From IMG/VR virus record IMGVR_UViG_3300035698_010610, positions 1 through 64,000 of that record: a stretch of 64,000 bases of DNA. One strand, 5' to 3'. A program made the position numbers and the translations under genes. Source of the stretch: a virus. Shown in pieces: positions 11,001 through 18,650 of the stretch (within the stretch, counting starts at the first letter, position 1; each line of letters begins with the position of its first letter). The notes under the pieces are model-generated. The model did no database searches. It was not told where the DNA came from and was given only the letters and a program-made list of their open reading frames with translations.

Positions 11001-11236
11001 CACGCCTCGGCGTCCACACTTGCAGACCAATGCCCGTCGGCCTTGTGGCTCATCACGGCAGCAATTGATTCGCTCGCGTCCCACGAATTGTCGGAGGTCT
11101 TGAACCACTTGCCCGCGTTTGTGCCCGTATTGGCAATCAGGTAGTAATTGACCGTACCGGACGTAATCGGTGTGCCGTCCGCTCGTGCCACGAGGCTTCG
11201 TGACCTCGTGTTGGCCTGGAGTGGAATTGGGTTCAT
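8066..11236 (-). CDS. large Ala/Thr/Gly/Asp-rich virion fibre/adhesin-like protein
   Basis: 1056 aa; beta-helix-like segment (GCNISGATISG...ECNFSQCGFSG); (G)AVGSV(S/T) heptad repeats near the C-terminus. Confidence 0.65.
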   Translation of the reverse strand: MNPIPLQANTRSRSLVARADGTPITSGTVNYYLIANTGTNAGKWFKTSDNSWDASESIAAVMSHKADGHWSASVDAEAWPTSGVEYTEYAKESGDLHVPTQTMVRCEYAALRPTTPGRTLDIQATGEVDANVTMISADATAADILELFVEALKSDTGQLDNGSFAAGAIDATAIAAGAIDNATFADDVGSTAYADNIIALAVRKVLDELNLDHLLKIADDDDVIDNSVIAKLAASGATADWSTYVNTTDSLQSIRDVAPHGSTMVGTDGANTTVPDSAGTAPTADGIKTAIEAAGSHLALIKAATDLVTAARMGALDDWIDGGRLDLLLDAIPTTPMRGTENAALASVVGALADASAAGDPTSADTLMQYVKQLINVLVGTDGVATFPPEAAPGNAVSLAEVIRAIHADVTGVAGTAPNTVVPDVAGTAAALHATTDAAIGAIGVASGTGLNFAAEDDTVDGVIASAPVFSPLVPFVGVQTSGTYASTEADDGTYHQIDDDSDAIDIVYQFDVGGIHKAVQAIMRGYVDGLNDTVTVQAYDYIGGDWETRLLIGGTSAKQTYTINLLSKHTGTGDYAGKVLLRFVCSGQSNPTLYVDSLLVEAAIAGQSVGYANGAVWVKATGTSGTASYVNGTADNPCPWADALVIAAALGLTRFHIVNGETVTLSAGLTNSTMEGNLWTLALGGQAVSGCNISGATISGVSTGTGNNILGCTIGDGTTFGECNFSQCGFSGETTFLSGGDYVLDHCLDVTPSTSDNPTFIFAANVVAGVRKWSGGIELKGLASTNTVTLDGAGRLVLNANCSGTPQATITLRGFWADTTDNVAGGFLGTLTEVNRYDLAQINSQMDTALTDYDPPTATEMTNAFTEIKGGTWSSVTDTLEHIRNKQTDIETDTAEIGTAGNGLTNINLPNQTMNITGDITGNLSGSVGSVSGAVGSVTGAVGSVSGAVGSVTAAVTTDSASRTASKATGFATPTNITAASGVALSAAGLDAVAATEPSGKPTTFPGKVLWLVQRFWRADKTPTKVTVKTEADATVTEQTITDDGAGTETLGTPS

Positions 11237-12585
11237 GCCGCCTCCAAGATGTGCGAAAGTGGTACGGTATAGCCGCCCGCGGCCAGCGTCACGGTCCAGT
11301 CGTCATCCGCCGTCTCGGAGTCGTCGTCGGTGACCTCGACGGTGATCGTCCATACGTGGCCGACAACGAGCGGGTCGGGATCGGCGATCGTGATCGCACC
11401 GGTGGAGGCGTTGATCTGGAACGGCTCGGTAGCCGCGACGGTCGCCGTGCCGGTGGCGTCGGACAAGCCGTAGGGGGCATAATCTCCCAATGACGAGTCG
11501 TTAGTCCACTCCGCCGATCCGGTATTACCCAACTCGTCACTAATGTGCCATGTGCCCGCCCCCGCCCAAATAAACCACCCGCCGCCTACTTTGGTATAGG
11601 CGGCTTCTCCGCCGTAGGTGCCGTCTTCGACGTAGATCCCGGTGGCGTCGGGGTCCAGCGTGCCGGTTACTTCCAGGACTTCGGTGTCGCTCGTCTGGGC
11701 CGTGATCGCGTAGCTGTAGGGCGTGCTCCCGCCAGTGGCCGCGGCCGTGGCCACCTCGTCGTCGGCGGAGTACGGGTCGGCGAGGTTGAGTGTGTCGCCG
11801 GCGATCGCGAGCACCGCCCCCGCCACCGCCGCCGGGGACCACCGACGCGGTGATTGAATCCAACCGTTGTATGTCGGGTCGCTGCGGGCGGAGGCGAGGA
11901 GGGTACGCTCTGCACCAGACAATGCACGATTGAAGATTATCGGGTCGGCTACCGATCCGGCCCAATACTCGCTTGGTGTATCGTCTGTGTATCGGCAAAA
12001 CAGCGAAGTGCCGGTTTTGACGAGCCAGCCGCCGCCCCCGCCGCCATTTACGAGCAGCACATTGTCCAGGTACGGCGTGATCGTTGTACTGGTGTATTCA
12101 ACCAGAAGGTGTGTCCATCGAAAATCGTAGGTCGATGTGAGTTGTGTTCGCCAATCTACATTTCCGGCGGCGATCTCGCTTCCGAGCGCCAGCGTGCCAT
12201 TACCCGTCGCAAGAAACCCTGCCGACACCTTCATCGCATCGCTGTGGAAAACTACAGCGTTATCCTCAACGTCACCGTAGAACCACAACGATAGCGTGAC
12301 GACACTCGGGGAGGGCAGCTTGGAATCATCGAACGTCACGTTGGCAGTGCCAGCAGCACTCACCGCCGCCGTATCCCACGGCGTCCGCGTCCAGGTGGGG
12401 CCGTTCGTGAGCGTGCCGTGTTTGCCGTGCGGGCCTGGGTTGTGCAGGTCGATCAGTCGATTGCCGCCGTCCATCCCCGAGCGGGTCAGGTACGCCGCCA
12501 CGCATCCACGCGACAACGGATGGAACGGGTCCAGCGGTTGGACCATGTCCACCAAGTCGGAATAGTGCGGCGTCAGCAGGCTCAT
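11233..12585 (-). CDS. LamG/ConA-like plus cadherin-like virion protein
   Basis: start MSLLTP at an ATGA overlap; HGTLTNGPTW, TLSLWF, WTHLLV, IFNRALS (LamG); FQINASTGAITI...TITVEVTD (cadherin). Confidence 0.7.
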   Translation of the reverse strand: MSLLTPHYSDLVDMVQPLDPFHPLSRGCVAAYLTRSGMDGGNRLIDLHNPGPHGKHGTLTNGPTWTRTPWDTAAVSAAGTANVTFDDSKLPSPSVVTLSLWFYGDVEDNAVVFHSDAMKVSAGFLATGNGTLALGSEIAAGNVDWRTQLTSTYDFRWTHLLVEYTSTTITPYLDNVLLVNGGGGGGWLVKTGTSLFCRYTDDTPSEYWAGSVADPIIFNRALSGAERTLLASARSDPTYNGWIQSPRRWSPAAVAGAVLAIAGDTLNLADPYSADDEVATAAATGGSTPYSYAITAQTSDTEVLEVTGTLDPDATGIYVEDGTYGGEAAYTKVGGGWFIWAGAGTWHISDELGNTGSAEWTNDSSLGDYAPYGLSDATGTATVAATEPFQINASTGAITIADPDPLVVGHVWTITVEVTDDDSETADDDWTVTLAAGGYTVPLSHILEAA

Positions 12586-13208
12586 GCGATTGTGTCCGAA
12601 TCGTAGGTGATGGCGAGTGCCTTGACGTGGCCGTTGGCACCGGCGGCTCCCCCGTGACACCAGATCACGCGGAACGACTCCATCGCGTTCAGATCCAACG
12701 CACAGACGAACTTGCTGGCGTCGTTCCAAATCTTATCTGCCGAATCCTTCTCGGTAGTCAGGCCGTCTACCAGGTCGATGGAGGTGTTGACGACCACCTT
12801 CAGAACCTCGCCCCACTCGCTGGCAGCCAGCGTCGTCGTGTCCACGAGATAGACCAAGTCGCCAGAGGCAAACGGCTCCTCGTCGGCCACGGTCATAACC
12901 GTCTCGCCAATCGGCTCCGTAGCGGTCAAATCTTCCACTACCGGCGTCGAGCCCACGGCCACGTATTCGGCCACCGTGATCCAGTGCTCGGTTGCCGATC
13001 CGTCGCCCGCGTCCGGTCGCACCTGGACCTTGAACGTGCCGGGATTCGTGTCGGCCGCCGCCTCGATGTAGCCGTGGTACAGGAAGATCACGGCGGCTCG
13101 CTTGGTCCGGCAGTCGATTGCCGAGCCCTTGAGCACACAGGGGTGCGTGCCCAACTGGTGGGCCAGAACCTCCACAGAGTCAGTTTTGGTCGGTGTACTC
13201 GTACTCAT
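12582..13208 (-). CDS. hypothetical structural protein
   Basis: 208 aa, acidic and beta-rich, coupled in the operon. Confidence 0.6.
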   Translation of the reverse strand: MSTSTPTKTDSVEVLAHQLGTHPCVLKGSAIDCRTKRAAVIFLYHGYIEAAADTNPGTFKVQVRPDAGDGSATEHWITVAEYVAVGSTPVVEDLTATEPIGETVMTVADEEPFASGDLVYLVDTTTLAASEWGEVLKVVVNTSIDLVDGLTTEKDSADKIWNDASKFVCALDLNAMESFRVIWCHGGAAGANGHVKALAITYDSDTIA

Positions 13209-13213
13209 TTTGC

Positions 13214-13597
13214 TTACCTCACATGGACGATATGGCCAGCACCCAGCCCCGTGCAGCCGTTGTTGTCAGCCCAGGAAACCGCCTCCAGGCGGGCCGCAGC
13301 CAGGGCCGCGATCGTGACCGACCCGACTCCGAAGATGGTCTGCATCCGCGTTTTCTCGACGCCAAACGGGTTGAGCGTGCCGAGGTGCAACAGGTCCCAA
13401 ACATACTGCTTGTCGGTATCGCTCAGGGCCGCGTACTCCGTCCCGTCGATAGCCTGTAGCACTTCGCTGCCGGACATGGACGTGCGGTTGCGAGTCTCCG
13501 TCTCGGCGTTCAGTGAGTCAGCGATCTGCTGGTCCGTCCACTCGGGATTGGCAACCAGCACCTCCGCGGCCTTCGTTGCCAGCTTTACGTAGTCCAT
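13214..13597 (-). CDS. hypothetical protein
   Basis: GGAGG RBS before MDYVKL. Confidence 0.6.
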   Translation of the reverse strand: MDYVKLATKAAEVLVANPEWTDQQIADSLNAETETRNRTSMSGSEVLQAIDGTEYAALSDTDKQYVWDLLHLGTLNPFGVEKTRMQTIFGVGSVTIAALAAARLEAVSWADNNGCTGLGAGHIVHVR

Positions 13598-13637
13598 CGC
13601 ATCCTCCAAAACCACCAGGCATTGCCTGACTAAACGG

Positions 13638-14081
13638 TTATCCATTCGGGTCTACACGACTTGGCATCGCAACAGACGTTCGGCCTTCGTCGATGTGCTG
13701 TCGCAATTTGCCAATATCGAGCTTCAGGTCGGCGGTGTCTTTTTGCAGGGCCTTCATATCGGATGCTATCCCCTCCACGAGGTGGCGGAACCACTCTGGC
13801 GGAACCTCCGTCGGGAGCTTGGCGACTTCCGCCGTCATCGCTGCTACATCTCTGGCAGTTCGCACCTCGATCTCGCCGATGCGAGTATGGGCAGAGACTG
13901 CCAGATTCAAGGTCGCCGTGATGACTAGGCACACGATGGCACCCACAGCCCCCACAGTCCATTTCACACCGCCCAGGGACCGCTGAATGTCCGCCACTGT
14001 TGCTGCGTGCCTCTCTCCACATTCACGCCGCGTGATGGGGCTATCGCCGTTGGCCGCAATGATTGTTTGTTCCGGTGGCAT
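13638..14081 (-). CDS. single-TM plus coiled-coil protein (holin/spanin-like candidate)
   Basis: TM segment WTVGAVGAIVCLVITATLNLAV followed by heptad repeats. Confidence 0.5.
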   Translation of the reverse strand: MPPEQTIIAANGDSPITRRECGERHAATVADIQRSLGGVKWTVGAVGAIVCLVITATLNLAVSAHTRIGEIEVRTARDVAAMTAEVAKLPTEVPPEWFRHLVEGIASDMKALQKDTADLKLDIGKLRQHIDEGRTSVAMPSRVDPNG

Positions 14082-14101
14082 CTCTGCCCTCCCTCATGCG
14101 A

Positions 14102-14419
14102 TTACGTCGTGTCCCTGTCGGCAGCGCACTGCGTGAGCATCCGATGCATCACGGCTGTCGTTTTCTCTGCGTTGGCTTTGCTCGTCGCCGCCATTTTGTC
14201 AACCTGCTCCGCGTTGTGCGCCCGCTGCGCTGCCGCCTCTTCTCGGAAGTCGTTGATCGCGTTGAGTACCTGTTTGTCCTTGGCGGGCAACGCCCGGCAG
14301 GTGACATAATAAGCGTACCAAACCACGGCGATAAACGCCACGCCGACTGACACGTTCTGCATCCAGTCCGGCGCGGCAGGAACATCCTGAGCGAACAGCA
14401 GCAACGCAGCGGTCATCAC
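14102..14419 (-). CDS. small membrane protein (holin-like candidate)
   Basis: TM segment VSVGVAFIAVVWYAYYV plus a helical tail; adjacent to the peptidase. Confidence 0.5.
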   Translation of the reverse strand: MMTAALLLFAQDVPAAPDWMQNVSVGVAFIAVVWYAYYVTCRALPAKDKQVLNAINDFREEAAAQRAHNAEQVDKMAATSKANAEKTTAVMHRMLTQCAADRDTT

Positions 14420-14425
14420 GCCCTC

Positions 14426-15169
14426 CTATGCGGTCGCGGGCTTCGGGATGTCGTCGTCCTCTTCTTCGGGCACGATGACCGAGCGGATCGCCCACGCGCC
14501 GTATCCCCAGACAATGGAACGCGAGCGAGCCCGGCCGTAGCCTTGATCGCCCCACATTCCCCAACTGTTGAGATACTCAATGGTGTTTTCATCGGTCAAG
14601 CCAGTGGCCAAGATCGAATGGCCACTGTAACCCCACACGACGGCGAACCCTTGCAGCAACGCGGAGCCGAACTCCTCCCACGTCTGGATGTCGAAGAATT
14701 CGTCGATCCGGTATCTGAGGGCGGCGTGCTTGGCCTCCTCGGACGGGGTCTTGAGGAATCCCTTGCTGCGTGGCCACACTGACTCGGGGGCTACGCCGTG
14801 CTCGCGAATGAACGCGAGGTTGCTGTCGATGTTGGAGCCGCTGTCACGGCCGCCGCTCGTCGTGTGGTAGACAAAGAGCGGATTCAGCTCCATGAACGGC
14901 ATACGGTTCATGGACCGGCAGACCTTGACGCCGCCAGTCGCTGACTCCGTGGCGCAAGAGCCGTTTCCGTTTTGATCGAAAACGGACGGCACTTTAGGCC
15001 GCAGGTCGATGCGAGGGATCAGATCGCTCCACTCGCGTTGCGGGATCGTTTTGATGCGTTCGGACGCAAGCGGACATACCGCGCCGGGGAGACTTCCCCG
15101 ATAGAGGCAGCCCTTCACCCGGCCGGGTGGAGGCGTCAGGGTTTCGTACAGATGCGGGTCGCCAGTCAT
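14426..15169 (-). CDS. papain-like C1 cysteine peptidase
   Basis: DQNGNGSC (Gln/Cys), GHSILATG (His), YLNSWGMWGDQGY (Asn). Confidence 0.88.
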   Translation of the reverse strand: MTGDPHLYETLTPPPGRVKGCLYRGSLPGAVCPLASERIKTIPQREWSDLIPRIDLRPKVPSVFDQNGNGSCATESATGGVKVCRSMNRMPFMELNPLFVYHTTSGGRDSGSNIDSNLAFIREHGVAPESVWPRSKGFLKTPSEEAKHAALRYRIDEFFDIQTWEEFGSALLQGFAVVWGYSGHSILATGLTDENTIEYLNSWGMWGDQGYGRARSRSIVWGYGAWAIRSVIVPEEEDDDIPKPATA

Positions 15170-15924
15170 GGCTTGGTTGCCTCCATGTATTTGCGGAGAA
15201 GCGTGAATAGCTTTTGGGACGTTTCCGGCACGTCGCCGTTGTAGAAAATTTTCCCTCTATCGCCAACGATAACGAGCGTTGGAAGGTCGCCCTTCTTGAC
15301 CATCTCCAGATACGGGGCAAGATCCGTCGGGACAGTCCCTTCCTCCGTCTTCGCGTCCCGGTCCGTCACCCGCATGACCAAACCGTTCTCCTCCAAGAAA
15401 GAGTCCACCGCCGGGTCGGCTAACAGGCGGGCGAGTATGGGGTCTCTCTGGGGGCCAGTCTCCTCCACCAGCACCGCTCCCCAGAGGTCCTGGTCGGGGG
15501 CGGGATCGGGATCGGGGTCCGGGTCCGGCCCGGGGAAAGGGGCGACGGTGACCTCATGCACCAGTAGCGTGCCGACCCCTTTGGCTACGACCATCAAGAC
15601 GACGCCCGCTTTGCCGGGGTCCGTCAGCGTGAACGTGGCATAGGGGGAAACCACCCACACCAGTTTTTTCGTTTTCTCGTCGGGTACGGCCTTCAATTCC
15701 AGGTGCGTGCGGTACGTTCCCGCTGACTCCGGGAGCAGCTTCCACTCGATCTGCGGCGGCTCCTTTTGCAGCGAGTCGTATGTCATTTGCATTCCTTCGA
15801 CCGCCAGATCGAAGGGGATGTTCGCGATGGCCTTGTCCGGCCCATCGATAGTCACCTCGCCCCACGCCACGGCTGCTGTCAGTAGCACAACTGCCGCCAT
15901 CAGGCTCCATAATCGTGGTCGCAT
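15166..15924 (-). CDS. exported protein with PD linker and thioredoxin-like C-terminal domain
   Basis: signal peptide MRPRLWSLMAAVVLLTAAVAWG; PGPDPDPDPDP; LPTLVIVGDRGKIFYNG. Confidence 0.65.
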   Translation of the reverse strand: MRPRLWSLMAAVVLLTAAVAWGEVTIDGPDKAIANIPFDLAVEGMQMTYDSLQKEPPQIEWKLLPESAGTYRTHLELKAVPDEKTKKLVWVVSPYATFTLTDPGKAGVVLMVVAKGVGTLLVHEVTVAPFPGPDPDPDPDPAPDQDLWGAVLVEETGPQRDPILARLLADPAVDSFLEENGLVMRVTDRDAKTEEGTVPTDLAPYLEMVKKGDLPTLVIVGDRGKIFYNGDVPETSQKLFTLLRKYMEATKP

Positions 15925-16014
15925 GTTTCGCTCCTCGTGGTTGGTCGTGTGGTTGCCGCTGGACGGGCGGGGTGCCGGTGGCAAGGACAACACCCCGCCC
16001 GCCGCTTCCCGTCA

Positions 16015-16296
16015 TCACTGTCTACAGCAGCGCCGCCTCCCAAGCAGCCTGCGTAGAGGTTTCCGTTTGACAAAGAACCGCACCGGCGCGGTCACGGCCC
16101 GCAAGACAGGACACGATCTGGCACGCTTATCCGGGCTCGCGGTTTGGCACGCGGAAGTATCCTCCGCCGTGCTGGTTGTTTGCTCGTCGATGAGGCCGCA
16201 TGACCGCTGGCCATCCGCGGGGTCGACTAAGCATTGAGCAGCGGACTGGGAGCACAGCAACACCGCCAGGACCGCAAACAAAACTACCCCACGCAT
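16015..16296 (-). CDS. small secreted basic protein
   Basis: signal peptide; C-terminal PVLRAVTAPVRFFVKRKPLRRLL; GGAGG RBS. Confidence 0.6.
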   Translation of the reverse strand: MRGVVLFAVLAVLLCSQSAAQCLVDPADGQRSCGLIDEQTTSTAEDTSACQTASPDKRARSCPVLRAVTAPVRFFVKRKPLRRLLGRRRCCRQ

Positions 16297-16338
16297 CAGG
16301 CACCTCCTTGGCTGAAACAGAAAACAGACCGCAGCCTC

Positions 16339-16848
16339 CTACTTGTTGCGGCGGTCGCGGAAGAACTTGAACGCCTTCAGGACGAAACCGGCGATGCTGA
16401 TGATGGTCAGAATGCCGATCGCCGGTTTGTCAGCGGCCACGGTTTGCGGCTCGCTTGCATCGGCCAACGCCTTGACCACTTCTTCGGCCTTCGCCTTGGT
16501 GGAGTCGTCCACCGTCGGGACGTCATCGCTCCGCTCGGCACCCACCTTGTCCAGGTTGAGCAGCCCGACCAGCAGCCCGTGGAATGCGGACCATGCGGCG
16601 TCGTTGTTGACGACGGCGGACAGGGTGGCGACCGCCTTGTCGTCCAACTCCGTGTCGCTCAGATCAACGCCCTTGTCGAGAACCGCGATCAACGACCGCA
16701 CCCAGTTGCGGGTCGATTCGCTGTCCACCAGATCGGGCAGCGTGAACAACGGGGCGATCAGTTCGTACAGCTCCTTGAAACTGATGCCGAACTTGTCCAC
16801 CAGTTCACGCAGCTTGGCGATCAACGCCAACAAGTCCCGGAAACCCAT
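16339..16848 (-). CDS. membrane-anchored hypothetical protein
   Basis: GGAGG RBS; C-terminal hydrophobic helix followed by a basic tail. Confidence 0.6.
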   Translation of the reverse strand: MGFRDLLALIAKLRELVDKFGISFKELYELIAPLFTLPDLVDSESTRNWVRSLIAVLDKGVDLSDTELDDKAVATLSAVVNNDAAWSAFHGLLVGLLNLDKVGAERSDDVPTVDDSTKAKAEEVVKALADASEPQTVAADKPAIGILTIISIAGFVLKAFKFFRDRRNK

Positions 16849-16875
16849 TTCGCACCTCCAACGTGGTTGCGCAGC

Positions 16876-17004
16876 CTATTTTGTGCCAAAGCCTTTCTTG
16901 CGGCCTTGGCATGACGGGCACGGCCGCTTGTGCCCGCCGACCGACTTCACCTTGCCTGTGCCTTTGCAGACGCGGCAGACTTTTTCTCCACGATTGCTCT
17001 GCAT
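16876..17004 (-). CDS. 42-aa DnaJ-type zinc-finger peptide
   Basis: MQSNRGEKVCRVCKGTG...PCPSCQG; GGAG RBS; overlaps the end of the glycosyltransferase gene. Confidence 0.5.
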   Translation of the reverse strand: MQSNRGEKVCRVCKGTGKVKSVGGHKRPCPSCQGRKKGFGTK

Positions 17005-17942
17005 CGCTCCACCAGTTCCTTTACTCGATTGCCAACGAGGTGGCTTCTGAACGTCCAACTGCGGGCCGCCCTTCCGAGTGACCTACGCACCTCCGGTTCA
17101 GTCCGGAGATACCCGACATGCAAGATCAATTGCTCGTGATTGCTGTAGTGCAAATACGGCCCTGGCGGCAGACCGGGCGTTGACCGTCGGACCACGCACG
17201 CCCCCGCACCGGTCGCCAGCCAGAACCGATCCGACCAATATCCGTCGATGTCGTGCCGCATATCGCAACACAGAACGACCGCCGCTTTCGAGATAAGCGA
17301 GGGCAATTCAAACGGCGGGCAGAATTGCAAGGGCAGGGAACCGCCAACCACCGGGGGACCAGCGGCCCCTGCCCAGGCAACCACGTATCCGGCGTTGACC
17401 AGCGCCGCCACGTCGTTGCGCCGCTCCCGCCATTCGTTGTGGGTGCAACCCCACAAAAGCACGTCGTACTCCGGGGCGTCTGCGTATTCAGTGGCAGGCA
17501 TCCCGCACGGGCACCCTTGGTCGAGCCACACCGCTTTGATGCCGAGGCGATGATAGTCAGCGAGAAGCCCCCGCTCTTTCACAAACACGATGTCGCATTC
17601 CGCGAGCAGCGTCGCGAAGGAATTGAGGATCGGCCGCTGTGCGTAGTCGGTCCGGAATAGCGTTGATTGGCCTTGCAGGCCGCGACCACGCATGGCCATC
17701 AAATCAAACACCCAGCACGCCCACACCGCTTGGCGGCCCTTCGCGGCCGACATCACGTCAGCGTGCGGAAGGCCGGCACCCTTCTGGGAGAACAAGACAA
17801 CATCGCACTCGGCGTCTGCCCTACGGAGGTCATCAGCGGTTGCGATCCGCGTTACCTCGTGGCCTGCGTCACGAAGGGCTTGAGCTACCCATCCGTTCTT
17901 CGGCCACTTAGGCTGCTTGGAATACGCGAACCCTATCCGCAT
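16947..17942 (-). CDS. GT-B glycosyltransferase (CgeB/Glyco_trans_1_2-like)
   Basis: start MRIGFAY after GAGGT; ALRDAGHEV, YDVLLWG, YWSDRFWLATGAGA. Confidence 0.78.
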   Translation of the reverse strand: MRIGFAYSKQPKWPKNGWVAQALRDAGHEVTRIATADDLRRADAECDVVLFSQKGAGLPHADVMSAAKGRQAVWACWVFDLMAMRGRGLQGQSTLFRTDYAQRPILNSFATLLAECDIVFVKERGLLADYHRLGIKAVWLDQGCPCGMPATEYADAPEYDVLLWGCTHNEWRERRNDVAALVNAGYVVAWAGAAGPPVVGGSLPLQFCPPFELPSLISKAAVVLCCDMRHDIDGYWSDRFWLATGAGACVVRRSTPGLPPGPYLHYSNHEQLILHVGYLRTEPEVRRSLGRAARSWTFRSHLVGNRVKELVERCRAIVEKKSAASAKAQAR

Positions 17943-17949
17943 CGCGACC

Positions 17950-18513
17950 TCACTTTCGGTCAGCTTGCGCCTCGGCGGCGAACCGCATCGGCCCTTTGAA
18001 ATTGCCGTTGCGGTATTGCTCCATCTCCTCTTCGGTCTTCGGGCCGAACGGGTTCGAGTCGAAAAAGTCAACGCGGGCCGTCCCCTTGACCTTCTCGCGA
18101 AACGCGCCGCGCTTGAGCGATGCATGGTTCGCCTGGCATAGCCGTCGCATGTGATAATGCCACGTTGCCAGTTGGTTGTCGGTCATGTTCTCCACGACCT
18201 TCGGCGGCTCCGGCGACAGCTTTTGCATCCCAGCAGCGCCTCCCGACAGAAACGATCCCCACTTGTCGAATAGCTGCTTATTGGACTCAAAGCCCAACGG
18301 GTCGAGAATGCGGCCGCGGCGCTCGCTGAACGACAGCGAAATCAGGAAACCCGGCAGCGTTGGCATCGCCAACAAGCCGCTCGCCGACGTTGCCCCGGCC
18401 GGAAGGTTTTCCCGCTTGAAACTGCCGCGGTAGATGGTCTGCGTCGGCGGGAACATCATGTTCCCGTTCTTGCCATCGTCGAGTTCGATCACGATTTCGT
18501 CTTCGGTTGCCAT
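17950..18513 (-). CDS. hypothetical protein downstream of capsid
   Basis: 187 aa ORF with GAGGG RBS. Confidence 0.6.
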   Translation of the reverse strand: MATEDEIVIELDDGKNGNMMFPPTQTIYRGSFKRENLPAGATSASGLLAMPTLPGFLISLSFSERRGRILDPLGFESNKQLFDKWGSFLSGGAAGMQKLSPEPPKVVENMTDNQLATWHYHMRRLCQANHASLKRGAFREKVKGTARVDFFDSNPFGPKTEEEMEQYRNGNFKGPMRFAAEAQADRK

Positions 18514-18567
18514 CGCATAGCCCTCGTGCGGGGTTCATGTGTGCCTCTGCGGTGGTGCCACAAAAGC

Positions 18568-18605
18568 AAAAGGGGACGAGGCGGAAATTGCCACCCCGCC
18601 CCCTT
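18568..18605 (-). terminator. intrinsic terminator after the major capsid gene
   Basis: AAGGGGGCGGGGTGG-CAATTT-CCGCCTCGTCCCC-TTTT. Confidence 0.65.
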
Positions 18606-18650
18606 GTATGCGACAGCCGAAAAGCGGTCAAGCACATGAAGGGAAAACGA

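Noticed and set aside
15495-15530. 6-bp tandem repeat
   Set aside because: Encodes the Pro-Asp linker.
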